A stretch of DNA of 48,398 bases, the filler included, from Catajapyx aquilonaris (lineage: Eukaryota), in NCBI GenBank assembly GCA_000934665.2. It is 2 parts of 2 records of this genome, joined end to end, with 100 filler letters (N's around TTAATTAATTAA, not from the genome) between each part and the next. Parts side by side here need not be neighbours in the genome. Positions count along the whole stretch, not along the records: positions 1 to 24,149 come from KZ539372.1; 1 more part is not named here. One strand, given 5' to 3'. This document shows, one piece after another, positions 1-11,744 of this stretch (the stretch's first letter is position 1; each line of letters starts with the position of its first letter). Position numbers and translations under genes: made by a program. A model generated the notes under the pieces. That model was not told the DNA's origin, ran no database searches, and saw nothing but the letters and a program-made list of their open reading frames with translations.

Positions 1-172
1 TACACCAGAAAATTATATTTAAAAGTCAGAAGGAGCGATGAGGCAAAAATCGCTAAAGAGTGTATCTCCGTAATGCGGCGGCCAAACATAATGATTCCTA
101 TACTTAAATCGATCCTCTGGTGGCTAGGAAGGCAGTCATATACGTCGGGGCACTGAGTTCAGATACACCCTG
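1..172. mobile_element. One end of a Tc1/mariner-type MITE with ~105-bp TIRs (family also at 24058-24149 and 33283-34117)
   Basis: Nearly identical to 33538-33679 plus 34088-34117; ends in ...GATACACCCTG followed by TA. Confidence 0.85.
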
Positions 173-805
173 TATATGGGCCAGTGATCTGCAAAGGTTC
201 ATCATGTGAGAGTCAACAATGAACACTTGCAAAATTACACGTGTGCATAAACTTGAAATGCCATAATTGATTGATCAAACTGAGTTTCAGTTTGTCATCT
301 AATGTATAATTAGTAAGAGCTATCAATATAACGATCATTTAACAGTTATGTAACAGTTACTGATTTTTTTGTGACAGCCCAAGGTTTTATCTCATTTTAT
401 AGCATGCAGCATAGTGCCAATTTAGTTATCCCCTTCCAGCAACATTATTTTCATTCAAAGCTGCAGGATGACTTCAGCTGTGCAGTGAAAAGGACGATTT
501 GGGTTGGTTCAGAAAGTATCCGTCTGAATCTGTGGAGCGAAACCAGTGCAAATCGTCACTCCACTGGGCAGGTGGGGGAGGAGGGGGGGGTGAAGAACTA
601 CTAACAGGGATATCCTAAGGCGTTTATACTCTCACTGTCAAGATGTTGAAAAATATAACACAACTCACCGATCATCTGACACCTGGAAAAAAAATACTTC
701 CCTTCCCAAGATCCATGGATGGTCACCAATCACTCCAGCATTTAGGTAATTTTTAATTTATTATAGAAACTGCATTACAAAAGGGTTACTTGAGTACTAA
801 TAGTA

Positions 806-1561
806 GGGGATAGGTCTGTACCATGGAACACTTTTTCAACATTTATTTTTATTTAGTAAAGTTGTTCATGTTTTCAACATGTGAAACATACTGTCCATGT
901 ATAAAGCATATTGTTGCCCACACAATGGAACTTACTCATTTTGTATGTCACTAATAACTTTACTAAAAATAATTAATATGTGATAGTGTTGCAAATGTTC
1001 CATGGTACAACATGCTGATGTACTGTACCTTGGAACAATCTGATGTATCCTTGGAACAATTTATTTTCCAGCATGATATTAGGCTCAACAATGCAAATAT
1101 TTTATTTCACGTTGTAGTTTTCATTCTTTTCAAAGCCAATTTTGAACACTATTCTTGATGACACCCTGACACAACACCCTAGCTGATGTGTTCCAAGGTA
1201 CATGCAGGGCTACTTTTAGAAATGAACTTGCCTCTCTTTCGTGCATTACATGATTGGTAGGTAATAATGATTCAGCACTGTAGACTATTGGTGTACACTT
1301 CAGAACAGAACTTCATCTACTACAAATCTGTTATATGACAGGAGTAATAATCGACAAAAGGCCTGCCAAAAAACTTACTTTTGAGTATGAAAAAACACCT
1401 CCGCCACTCACTACCTCCAAAATGGCTACCTGATAGGGTCTGCTTCCAACTAGGGGGCATATGCATCCTTTGATTCAGAAAGTGGCCGGTACATGTCAAC
1501 ACGAGCAGTGGTACATTGAGTGTTCCAAGGTACGTTGTACTCAAGGTACAGCCCTCTCCCC
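806..1561. mobile_element. Non-autonomous pogo/Tc1-mariner-like DNA transposon
   Basis: Imperfect TIRs GGGGATAGGTCTGTACCATGGAACA / TACTCAAGGTACAGCCCTCTCCCC flanked by TA on both sides; repeated internal TGTACCTTGGAACA motifs in both orientations; minus-strand remnant 'PPSWKQ...GSEW..CFF' loosely resembles a CENP-B HTH. Confidence 0.6.
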
Positions 1562-2024
1562 TACTTGCTTAGCATAATAATTCAAAATAATGAAATACCC
1601 TAGTATAATTGGGATAATTGAAATAGGACGTGAATACGTTAAATAACATACTCACCCAAAATAACGGAAAATTATTGTCACTTGAACACAGAAAACTGGA
1701 TGTGAATAGTAAGTGGAATAGGAGATGGTGGAAATTGGATGCGGCTGAAATTGGATACAAATGTAATTGCAAGAGAGCTAAAATTTAAATACAGAGAGTG
1801 GTGAGATGAATGGAAATAGCGATGAATGAGAAATGTAATGGGACTGGAACTTGAGGTAGGGATACGGGTATTGAATGGGGATTGCATGTAGTGTAATAAA
1901 AGCAAATGGTGGATTTAATGGACTTTAATCTAAAAAGAATGAAATAGAAGAATTACTTTTAAAAACAGACGAATACAGCCATCATGTCTGATGCTAGACT
2001 TTAATGCTTCTAGGATTACAGCTG

Positions 2025-2090
2025 CTCTCTAAAAAAATAAGAGTTAAATTAACTCTTATTGAGTTTTTTTAACTCTATTTTTTTAGAGAG
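2025..2090. repeat. Short palindromic element (collapsed MITE)
   Basis: CTCTCTAAAAAAATAAGAGTTAAA ... TTTAACTCTATTTTTTTAGAGAG inverted arms. Confidence 0.55.
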
Positions 2091-2223
2091 TGGGTTCATT
2101 TTTTAAAAGTAATCAGTTTTCAAATTCTCTCACAAAAGCGGAAAACATCCACATAGCCATCATTCAAGCAGGGGCCAGTCTTTTATACACAACGGATCTA
2201 CTGGTGTTTTTGACCCGCCTGAT

Positions 2224-5194
2224 TCAGGCCGTGATGGTTATGGACTCCAGCTTCGAGTTCCCAGCAAATATATCGACCATCTGAAGGCTTCCACCTGCCA
2301 TGGCGCATCGTATAATATGTACCTGCAGGACAGAGAGAACTTGATTTAGAAACTTTGCAAAATATTATGTCAATTCCTACCCCTAGGAGAGACCAGTGAT
2401 AATACTGTAACACTGCAATTTTCTCTTCTGTTTTGACACCCATAATTCCAAACTGTTCTTGCAATATTAGGCCTATGCAAAAGTTCGTGCGGCTGACTTT
2501 GTGTGGTCAATAACTCTAAAAATTACAAGCACACCAGTTGTGAGGCTAACCACTACACCACTGTCACCCTGTTTTGCATAGATATGTGATTCTGGTATCG
2601 GTTGGTAGGAAAAGACATGATGGTTGCACTTTTTTCCATATACAGTATGGATGTTGCCATTGGTTGTAAACTACCTGGACACAATAATGGTGTTGCACCA
2701 GGAAAAACATGTCCTGGGGATTTGGGTAAACATAATGCAGGGGGGGGGGNTGTGGTGGCCGTGATGGTAACGTCTCGGCTTGCTGAGTGAAAGGCCCCAG
2801 GTTCGATCCCCGCCTGGGGAACTTTCCTTTCACCTGCGTCAGGAGGGTCTCTGACCTGCACCAAGGAGGTGTCTGGCAACCTAACCTCCTGGGGAACAGC
2901 ACATGACCCCTTTACAGATCTTGCACTTGCACCTATGTTCCCTCCCCAAAAATCCCTACCCCTACCCTACATCCTTGTCTCCTTGCACCGGTGTATGAAG
3001 TTAATTCAGAAAATGGAGTGAAATGGTGGTATTCCACCCCCCTATAAAGGCTCAGCCTTATCACGGGGTAACGTTAAAAAAAAAAAAACAGTATGTTATT
3101 GTTAAGTTACTATCTTTTAATAAGGCTGAAAGTCCCCCTGTACAGGATATACGTATAAAAAATGTTTCTTACTAGGAGGTCATCAGGTTGAAAGTGTACT
3201 CTTTGACAGAAGCCCCTCCTGTAAGAAACACCATCTATGCCAACAGAAAATATTTACCATCAATTTCTCATTTTCAAAATTAAATAAACATTACAACTGA
3301 CACTGACTTCTGCTAGCTTGGCTTTCTGGTGAGGCCCAGTTTAGACATTTATGTCTAATGAACTACAATAATATTGGAACATTCCTTCGAAAATAAAATC
3401 GATAAGTTAACTCATCAGTTGATATAGAGGGTGTCCCTAAATGATTGTCAACATTTGAAAGCTGCTTAATTTCTATTAGTTGCGGTGTCCAATGACAAGA
3501 CAGACATAGAACGAAAGAGCATGCAATAAAAACTCCCAAATATGCACATTTGGGAGTTTTTATTTTACACACTACAAGTGCTCAATATGAGCACCTTTCG
3601 TCACATGACATGATAGTCCACTTCTCTACACAGGCCAGCATGTCTGGTGTGATTGATTCCACAGCAGCAACAATCCTGCGTTTCAACTCACACAGGCTGG
3701 TAGGTAGCCGTGGTACGAAGACCTGGTCCTTTACATATACCACCAGTGGAAAAAGCCACATGGGGTGAGGTCGGGACACCTGGGAGGCCACTGGAGAAAA
3801 ACCAGATCTTGCTGACCGGCATGTCCGATCCACCGATCCTTGCCCTTGCAAAGGCATCCCGTCGTCTGAAACTTCTGGAACCACCGTTGAATTATTGTAG
3901 GGAGGGGCGTAACGTCGTCCGTACTGTCGCCGGAAGGCCTGCTGAACAGTAACTACCGAACCAAGCTTTGCAAACTGCAGGACACAGAACGTTTTCTGTT
4001 CGGGAGACACCATTTTGTGGAGTGGCCCTGTGTGCCTCGTGGCAGAGTGTGGAACCAACTTTTCTGTGTGCAATAAAAACTTCAAAATGTGCTCTTTCGT
4101 TCTATGTCTGCCTTGTCATTGCACACCCCATCTGATAGAAATTAAGCACCTTTCAAAAGTTGACAATCATTTAGGGACACCCTGTATATAATGACGGTCA
4201 AAATCTTGTCTTCCAACATGAAAATAATGCTTTGCAGCTGTCAGAATCTCTCTCTGCAGCAGTGATCCACTCAGAAAAACATAAACCCTCATACAGAGGG
4301 TACACAGTACAGTACAACATTACTGTGAATGCAAATCTATACATTTACTTAAAATGCAATGAAATCTCGCCTAAATGCAAATGCCCCAAGTTCCACCAAC
4401 TTCCTGAGCAAAAGCAAGATTATCCCCACCAAACACCTCTGTACTGTATATTGCTTTGCCCCATGATAGGAATAATAACTGGGGGTATTAGAGTGTACTC
4501 ATGACCCAGAGGGCTACTTATAGTTGATTTACAGTACTGTACACCATAGCATATGATCTTCTGGACATTTTGAATCCACTCTCACCATGAAGACTATGAA
4601 AACAGTTCACCAGAAATTTTCGTTTTATGACTACTTAGAAAATGCCCAAAAAACTACAAGTGCAAAAGACATTAAGGAAACAATCACAATCAAGAATGAG
4701 CAGTAGGCCTATACTAGATAAATAAAATCCATACCTCCTTCAGACATTTGCAACGTGTTGCCAAGTTTCTCAGAGCTTCCTCCGGGATTGCAACCCTTTC
4801 CAGGTGTAAAACTTGTAGGTGTGGCCCCACAGAATTAAGAATTCCATCCACTTGTCCCTCGCCAAACTGGATCGCCTTTAATATTTTGACATATTTGAAC
4901 CCCTTCATTAGCTGCGCACCTTCCTCTGGCTCCAAGAGCTGCAGACCAGTCACCGTCAGTTGAGTCCACTCTTTCAGGTGTAGGCATATGTTTCTCCAAT
5001 ATTTACACACAATGCTAACGGAATGAATCAAGTCAACACTTGGCAGGTATGCAAAAATTCGCAGCAGCATTTCTGCAGGTAGAATTTCTCCCTAGAAATA
5101 CATTTGAGCAAATTATTTCCTGACACAATGGCACAATTCCTGTCACCAACTGTGTTATCACCTCTTCTCTGTCGAGCATCCATACATTTTCCAT
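2224..5194 (-). CDS. F-box/LRR-repeat protein, short (~162 aa; possibly truncated or pseudogenic). Exons 5194-5162, 5091-4735, 2322-2224
   Basis: F-box motif 'ILPAEMLLRIFAYLPSVDLIHSVSIVCKYWRNIC' followed by LRR-like segments (GPHLQVLHL, RCKCLKEVHI, NSKLESITI); GT-AG phase-0 introns join the three exons in frame; early TGA at 2224-2226. The middle exon is firm, the terminal exons less so. Confidence 0.7.
2750..3088 (+). mobile_element. tRNA-derived SINE with poly(A) tail
   Basis: A box TGGCCGTGATGG, B box GGTTCGATCCC, non-tRNA body, ends TATCACGGGGTAACGTT(A)13. Confidence 0.85.
3427..4184 (-). mobile_element. Internally deleted Tc1/mariner transposon (DUF4817-type HTH transposase remnant)
   Basis: ~70-bp imperfect TIRs (xAGGGTGTCCCTAAATGATTGTCAAC...) with TA flanks; ORF has the N-terminal HTH 'MVSPEQKTFCVLQFAKLGSVVTVQQAFRRQYG' and C-terminal 'YVKDQVFVPRLPTSLCELKRRIVAAVESITPDML' but no catalytic DDD/E core. 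Confidence 0.9.
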
Positions 5195-5436
5195 GATTCG
5201 TGGCTGTTGTGTATCCTGTGGCCAGCTGTTAAGAAAAAAGAAGTCATTAATTCCATCACTTTAATGCTGCTAGGTGAGAATAATGAAATGTTAATGCAAG
5301 TAAGAGGAGATATTTTTTGTTCTTCTTGAAAGGAATCAACCAATATTTTATAAGGCCAGGCAAGGGATATGTGCAAGGGGGAATGTCTCCAGTAACAGGG
5401 TCAAGTTGACAACTGTCACTTTTGGGTTCCCAACAG

Positions 5437-5882
5437 TCAGCTTCCTGATTTTTCTTTCTGCAGGTGAGGCGAGTGACTTGAGTAGCTCAGTAGCACATCA
5501 CTGTTGGAAATGCTGATGCACAATTCTTCAAGGTTGGTCCAGGTAAAGTCTTGATCTGTTTTGGCCTCCCTTGTTGTCCCACAGATCCAACTTCTGAAGG
5601 CTGGGGCAGCTGGAGGTACAGCATGTAGAGCCATCCTCTTGGAATCCTGATGGTTTAGCAGATGCTGACCTTCATCAGTTGCTGTCTAGGTACCTTGAAG
5701 AGGCGCCTGAGTCCTTTTTTCTGCTTCAAGTGGTCCCACTTCATGCTAAGCGACTCCAATTTGGGAAAGGAATTCCCAATAGCATTGAAAATATTATGCA
5801 GACAATATTGTGACATATCTCTCCCTCCACACTGCCTTGTGTAACTTTTGTACAACTGAAGTCCTCCCTTACCTGTCTGCAT
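5437..5882 (-). pseudogene. Frameshifted leucine-rich-repeat exon relic of an F-box/LRR paralog
   Basis: LRR-like motifs FPKLESLSM, SCPSLQKLDLW, TNLEELCIS and HSPHLQK occur in order but in different frames with intervening stops. Confidence 0.6.
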
Positions 5883-8051
5883 AATTTATGGACCACCCCA
5901 AAATTTGTTCTGTTTCTGGGCTAAATCCTCTACTTGAACTAGTGCATACATTCATAACCAATCCTACAATATCTATTCAAGTAGGGCTCCTGGGATAGAG
6001 TAATCTGCTTCACATGGATAGTGGCATACATATAAATAAATATCCCTGGTCAACTAGAATAGACCTATTTAAGTGAGGCTACTAACATTATTATTTCCAC
6101 CATTGACAATGGTGCAATTATAATGTCCATTGCACAGATAATAATTCTGCATTCTGAATGGCGTCATCATGGAATCAACTACACCAGTAGTATATTGTTT
6201 CTCAAACATTTTTGACTGCATTCCACTTCAGGAAGATGAGGAGTGCAATAGACTTTGGCGCCATACCCATGGTAAGCACATTGCCATTTCTTCTAGGAAA
6301 ACTCTTCTTTGAATGAATAGAACCTTGATAGAACATTTGGTCACTTATTGGTCCACTGTATAGTGGGCTGTGGATTACACTTTGTGATCCTCTGAGCTAG
6401 AGCATTCTTAATTATTACCTGTGCAGCATTCAAGTGACACTTCGAATATATTTCTGTACACATCTGAAAGGAGCATGGAAAATATGAAAGGCCCCAAAGA
6501 AATGTCACAGCTAGAAATCACATTTAATTCCATGCCTGCCAATGTACTTCATAAAACACAACATACTGGCTGATTTAGACCTAATTGGGAGATAAGTTAG
6601 GTTATTCTAGCATAATTAAGTTTAGAGAAGGTTAACTTAAAAATAAAATTAAGTTGGCATTCCAGGCGCTGTGCTGACTTTCCTCGGCACCAGTGATCAT
6701 GCACATAAACTGATGCTGCGGTACTTTTTTATCCGAATTTTGAAACTAAAATGTTAATCTTTCATATGGCGAGATGTGCATGGGTGTGTCAAATTTGCCA
6801 AACAACCTACCAGCACAAAAGTTGAAGGTACACTACTTCATGCTTCAGTGTACACTTTGCTACAACTTGATATATGTCATTCAATAATCGATTGCACTTT
6901 TTTAGGTTGTGATGAGTAAAGTCACATTCTCACAGGTATGATGGACCAATATTACTGGACAAATCAGTCATTTTGTGTTGTTGTAGGTGTGTGGGAAGCT
7001 GGTTCACTGTGTCTCGAATGTACTAGAATTTTCTGAACGGCCTTCATCACTAGTAATATGGCAAAGTTGCATTTGCTGGATTTTCAGATTTGGGGGGGNN
7101 NNNNNNNNGGGGGGGGTGGGGGGGGGGGGGGGGGGAGGTCGGGGGAGTGGTGAACCTGTGAGAATAACCCTTGAAGTCTTCTGATGTAATATTTTACTCT
7201 ACTTGCCTTGCCCTCTTCCAGACTCCTTTCCCTTGCGCCTGCACCGACCTTCAGAACAGGGAAGACGAACCAAGACCACCAATACCAGCAGCAATAGAAC
7301 ACGGCACACACTCGTCCAGTTTTATCTCCAAGCTCCAATCCGCTCCAACCTGCTCCAACCTATGCTCCAATCTACCCATCAGGGTCAGGGATGCCAATGG
7401 CAATCATCCAATAAAAAATCAACATCACTAGACTTATTTTAATTATTTTACCATCTAAACTTGTTTAAAAGTCATGTATAATTTTTAAAATAGTATCTCA
7501 TTCCCTTTGTTAAAAAATCATAGTTACTACTGTATATTTGTGCCACCGCGCATCAGGCCGCGCATGGTGTGCGTGGAAATGGCGGCAATTCAAGAGTCAA
7601 TTATTCACTGTTAATAATTGAGGCCATGCCAGCATATTTTAATCACCTTCGAGTAATGTGAAGATAACAGCAACGCCAGAAAGTGACATTCAGGTCCTTA
7701 GATTGCGTGGAAAGCTCGTGAGAACCTAGGTTTTTCTGAGAATTCGGATCACACACAAAATGCGCTCTCGCTCTTGGTGCCGAGAACAGGTGGAAAGACA
7801 AAACTACATAAGGGATGCCAGAAATCATTTTCCATCTTTCCGTCTTTTAAAAAAATTTCAGAGGTTCATGAAACATTAGACTATGCAATGTATAAGGGGA
7901 TTCATATGACTCATTCAGAGACATACAGTAATAAGATATACTCGTATCAAGTTTTAAAACCATGTAATAAGTGACAGCTGGTGACAGTGTACAGCATCGT
8001 CTGTGCAAAGTGTCCTATACAAAATATGAGAGGAACACAAAGACACAAAAA

Positions 8052-8052
<1 letters not shown>

Positions 8053-8084
<32 letters not shown>

Positions 8085-8085
8085 G
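8053..8085. repeat. (GTT)n microsatellite
   Basis: Direct reading. Confidence 0.95.
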
Positions 8086-8442
8086 GTAGACAATGTAATG
8101 TTGTAGGTCTATTTGATTGCTAACTAAATTCTATTGTAGATGGAAATGTACTATATTTTGCACGTCCCCAAGTCATAACTTTTGCAAATATGCAGCTCAT
8201 CACAAAATGAATTATTCATTTTCGGTTATCATAGGCTATACATTGTCCTTTATTATAATAGCATGTTCAGTTTCATCTGGATCCGTTACTGCTTTGGAAA
8301 GGTCCCTTGTTAGATTTTCAGGAGTCCACTGCTATTCTACAGTATATTCAAGTGGGTAGGCCATAACTAGTAGACTAACACAGAAGACCAGTGCATAAAC
8401 TTCTCTGGTTCACTCTGGCATGGGAGTGTCCAATTCTTAACA

Positions 8443-8668
8443 CAGTGGTTTCCAACCTTTTACCAACTGCGACCCCCTAAACATGTTTCCATAAATGTNC
8501 TCGAACCCTTCTACAACTGCTCCATTTCCAGAAGACATATACACTCTGTACGGCCGCAAAAAGGGTCCAATTTACACAGAAATTGCAAAAAAAAAAAAAA
8601 AAAAAAGTTGCACAAAGGCTCGCGACTCCCCGCGACCCTGCCCGCGACCCCCAGGTTGGAAACCACTG
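8443..8668. mobile_element. hAT-family MITE
   Basis: 16-bp TIRs CAGTGGTTTCCAACCT / AGGTTGGAAACCACTG and a perfect 8-bp TSD TCTTAACA (8435-8442, 8669-8676). Confidence 0.92.
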
Positions 8669-9356
8669 TCTTAACAGATCTGGGGCCTTATGCATCATTG
8701 CTGTGAAAATTCTCACACACAAGTTATATTCCACCAGCATAATCTTTGTTCTGGACAATATTCAAACCAGAACAATTTTTGGTTGCTAGGAACTAATAAT
8801 AAAGTAATAAAGTAGTAATAATAAAGTTTGTTTGATTTTGTGCTCAAAAATTATGCCGATGGAAACAGGCGTTTAAGGTGACAAATTTCCATCCCTGGAC
8901 AGGGCCTTCACTATGCTATTATACCGGGTACTGTAGTATACATACAGACAGCTCAGCATTGGGGCAATGCTTAGTTTTGGCCAACACATGGAGCAAACTC
9001 TGACGTTATAATTTCTGCTTAGAATTTCCATTAACTGGATCAGTGATGATAAGGATAGCCAAGAACTGTGATGTCAGAGTTTGCTATGTGTGTTGAACAA
9101 AACTGAACAGCATTACTCCAATGCCATACTGCCACTTACCATGATAATACAGCGAAGGTCCTGTCCAGCAGCAGAAATTCTTGCCACAGCATCATGGCCT
9201 TAAGTGGACACTTCGCATGGAATCAAACTCACCAGTGAGAATTTTTTCATTGCTATGCTGCATGGCCCTTAGGGTCATGCAGTATTCTTGCCTGCCATAG
9301 TGACACCCTTCCTCAGATAACCAGCTGAAAACCATCATTTCCTGCCACTGTCCTTC

Positions 9357-9397
<41 letters not shown>
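9357..9397. repeat. (ATC)n microsatellite
   Basis: Direct reading; explains the poly-Met ORF. Confidence 0.95.
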
Positions 9398-9581
9398 ACA
9401 TCACAACATTTCCCTATGACGGGTAGTCAGTGATGAAGGGAGATGCAAGCTAACCCAGCATATGAACTAAATTAAAACTTATGAAAATAAAACTACTATA
9501 AACAGCCTGTCCCACCCACCACCCCTGCCCATCTCAGATGACATAGGCTCTACACTGAATATTTAATTTAATATTAAAATT

Positions 9582-10035
9582 ATGGTTTGGCCATATGGAG
9601 AGGATGAAGGAGGAGGAGATTGTGAAGAAGGTTTATTTGGGTGGAGTAGTTGGTAGGAGGGGCAAGGGTAGGCCTAGGAAGACATGGTTGGACCAGGTGG
9701 GTCAGTGTCTTAAGGGTGTTGCTAGTGTTAAGCCGAGACGTTCTTGTGTCAATAGGACCATGGACGTGGCTGAGGCTACAGGTGTTTGTTTGGATCGATG
9801 TAAATGGCGTAGGTTAATTAATGGGTAAATAGGTCTTAGGATAAGGCTTCTTTGGCTCCGGCGAGTAGAGGGGATGTCCCTGGTAGGGTCGATGAGGTGC
9901 AAAGGTGGTGCCATACACGTCGGTGTGGCCAGGACGTCCGTAGTAGTGGCTGGTGGCGAGGGGGGAGGGGCTTGATTTGGCGAAGGACCGTATCGTAGTG
10001 TAATATTTATATTGCTCTTCAATAATAATAATAAT
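9582..10035 (+). mobile_element. 5'-truncated RTE-clade LINE (ORF C-terminus, 3' UTR, (TAA)n tail)
   Basis: 'WFGHMERM...GRRGKGRPRKTWLDQV...DRCKWRRL' is the characteristic RTE C-terminus; ends in (AAT)n. Confidence 0.85.
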
Positions 10036-11498
10036 CAGTCATATAATGTACACTTCAATATTTATTTCTCGTCAATATTCCTTTTTACAGGTTTCATATT
10101 ATGCAGTAGTAACATGTTTAAAAATGGTTACTTATAGCCACCCCTAATCATCACTGGTATGAACTGATATAGTATCTGAAAAAAGTAATTAAGAATATTG
10201 TTTGTACACTGGTCAAGGTGTGAATAACAAGGTGTGAAATATGACATATTAGTGTATCCAGAAAAAGTAGCAACTGTTTCAGGATAAGTGTTTAAAGAAT
10301 TCTCCCCCAAAAAATACATTTCAGCCAGCATGATGGCACACCCTTCAGTTGCTACTGCAGCTGACAATATGTCAATTAAGGCATTCATCATACCATAGAC
10401 TAGAATTTGTATGTCAGCATCACGAACTCATCACCAAGCCAAGTCGCTTGGCTCACTGTCACCCCCTCGATTGTCATCTAATTAAAATTTTCTTAAGATG
10501 GTGACAGTGAAAGAGTGATTGGTCAATATATTGCATGAGTGCGAAAGGTTGCACCACTGTCTTGAACTGTTCAAGATTTTATTACTGTATATGTAAGGAC
10601 CGTGGTGCGCAGCCAGGAATCATGGGATGATGTAATTATTTGAGGGGAATGCGTTAAACACTTTTTAAGCCCAAATAGTTCTTCCTTCTGTCGATCCACC
10701 AATATGTACACAATCATAAAGCTTCAGAAATTCTTCCTGTTCAAATTCACTTCTCTACACTTTGTAACTACTTCACAAGGCAACAAATTCAAATCACTAC
10801 AGCCCCATGCAGCCAGAAAGAATGGATCCTGTGGCTTTGCTTGACTTTTTGTTCTTGTTGTTGTTGTTGTACTAAGCCCAATGAAAAATCAATCTACATC
10901 TAGGAGGTAACAAAGCTACTTTCCTTCCACTACTCTTTTAGTTTTGTACACTGTACATGAGAACAATGTTGACACTACCTGGAGACAGTGAATAAGAAAT
11001 GATGCAATGAAGCCCCACAACAACTGGACAACAAATTGCTTGATAATGGAACATTTGCAGATTTTCATCTGCAATGAAGATCAAGGATCTACCACCATAA
11101 CGACTAAACCATCACTGGAATTTTTGTGCTAAAATTGTGGTTCTGGACTGCACAGTTTTCTTTAAAAATTCTACTGCATCTGCATTGGCCTGGCATCACT
11201 TGACACTGCAGACATGCGATAAAATACTCGAATTAACTGTGCAGATGTTCAAAGGGGATCAAAGGGGCCACAGGCCTATCACTGAGTAATACCCAATTAT
11301 TATGCAGGCTAAATTTGGCAGAAGGATTACAAATCCAACCCAATTGTACTTATTTCTATACATCACCGGTTACTAAAATTGAGGAAATTACTGAAGTGGC
11401 AGTGCATCTCTCCTGTCATGTATATAGAAATCTCTGCTGCAGTCCCAGAAGGACAGTTTTGCACCATGTGCCATTTACAAAATCCAACCCAAATATGG

Positions 11499-11744
11499 CT
11501 ATTCCACAATTGCATCAGCAACATCAAGAGCAATCAGCAGGTCCTGACCCTGCAATAGATTGTTGGTGGCCAGGACGGGAGCATTCACTTCACAATCCTG
11601 GGCCGTCAGGTGAAGAAGAGATGAGAGGTTCACACAGCATGGGTCAAACTGCCCACGTTTCTTGGACAAAGTTGATGAAGGAGGGCTCTCATGGGGATCT
11701 AGGAGTGATGGCCGTGTTCTGGCAGGCACTAGAGGAGGGCAACC
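11499..11744 (-). CDS. sima: HIF-alpha terminal exon with C-TAD (FIH-target asparagine)
   Basis: Poly-T acceptor ttttttctcag|GGT; 'LTAQDCEVNAPV' motif; TAG at 11499-11501. Confidence 0.93.
   Translation of the reverse strand, partial: GCPPLVPARTRPSLLDPHESPPSSTLSKKRGQFDPCCVNLSSLLHLTAQDCEVNAPVLATNNLLQGQDLLIALDVADAIVE

Noticed and set aside
2750..2820. tRNA genes here and at ~15510-15580 and ~34000-34071
   Set aside because: A/B boxes run into SINE bodies with simple-repeat tails (and TSDs in two cases); no clean cloverleaf or poly-T terminator.
7186..7427. Solo LTR (TG...AATAAA...CA)
   Set aside because: No target-site duplication or second copy visible.
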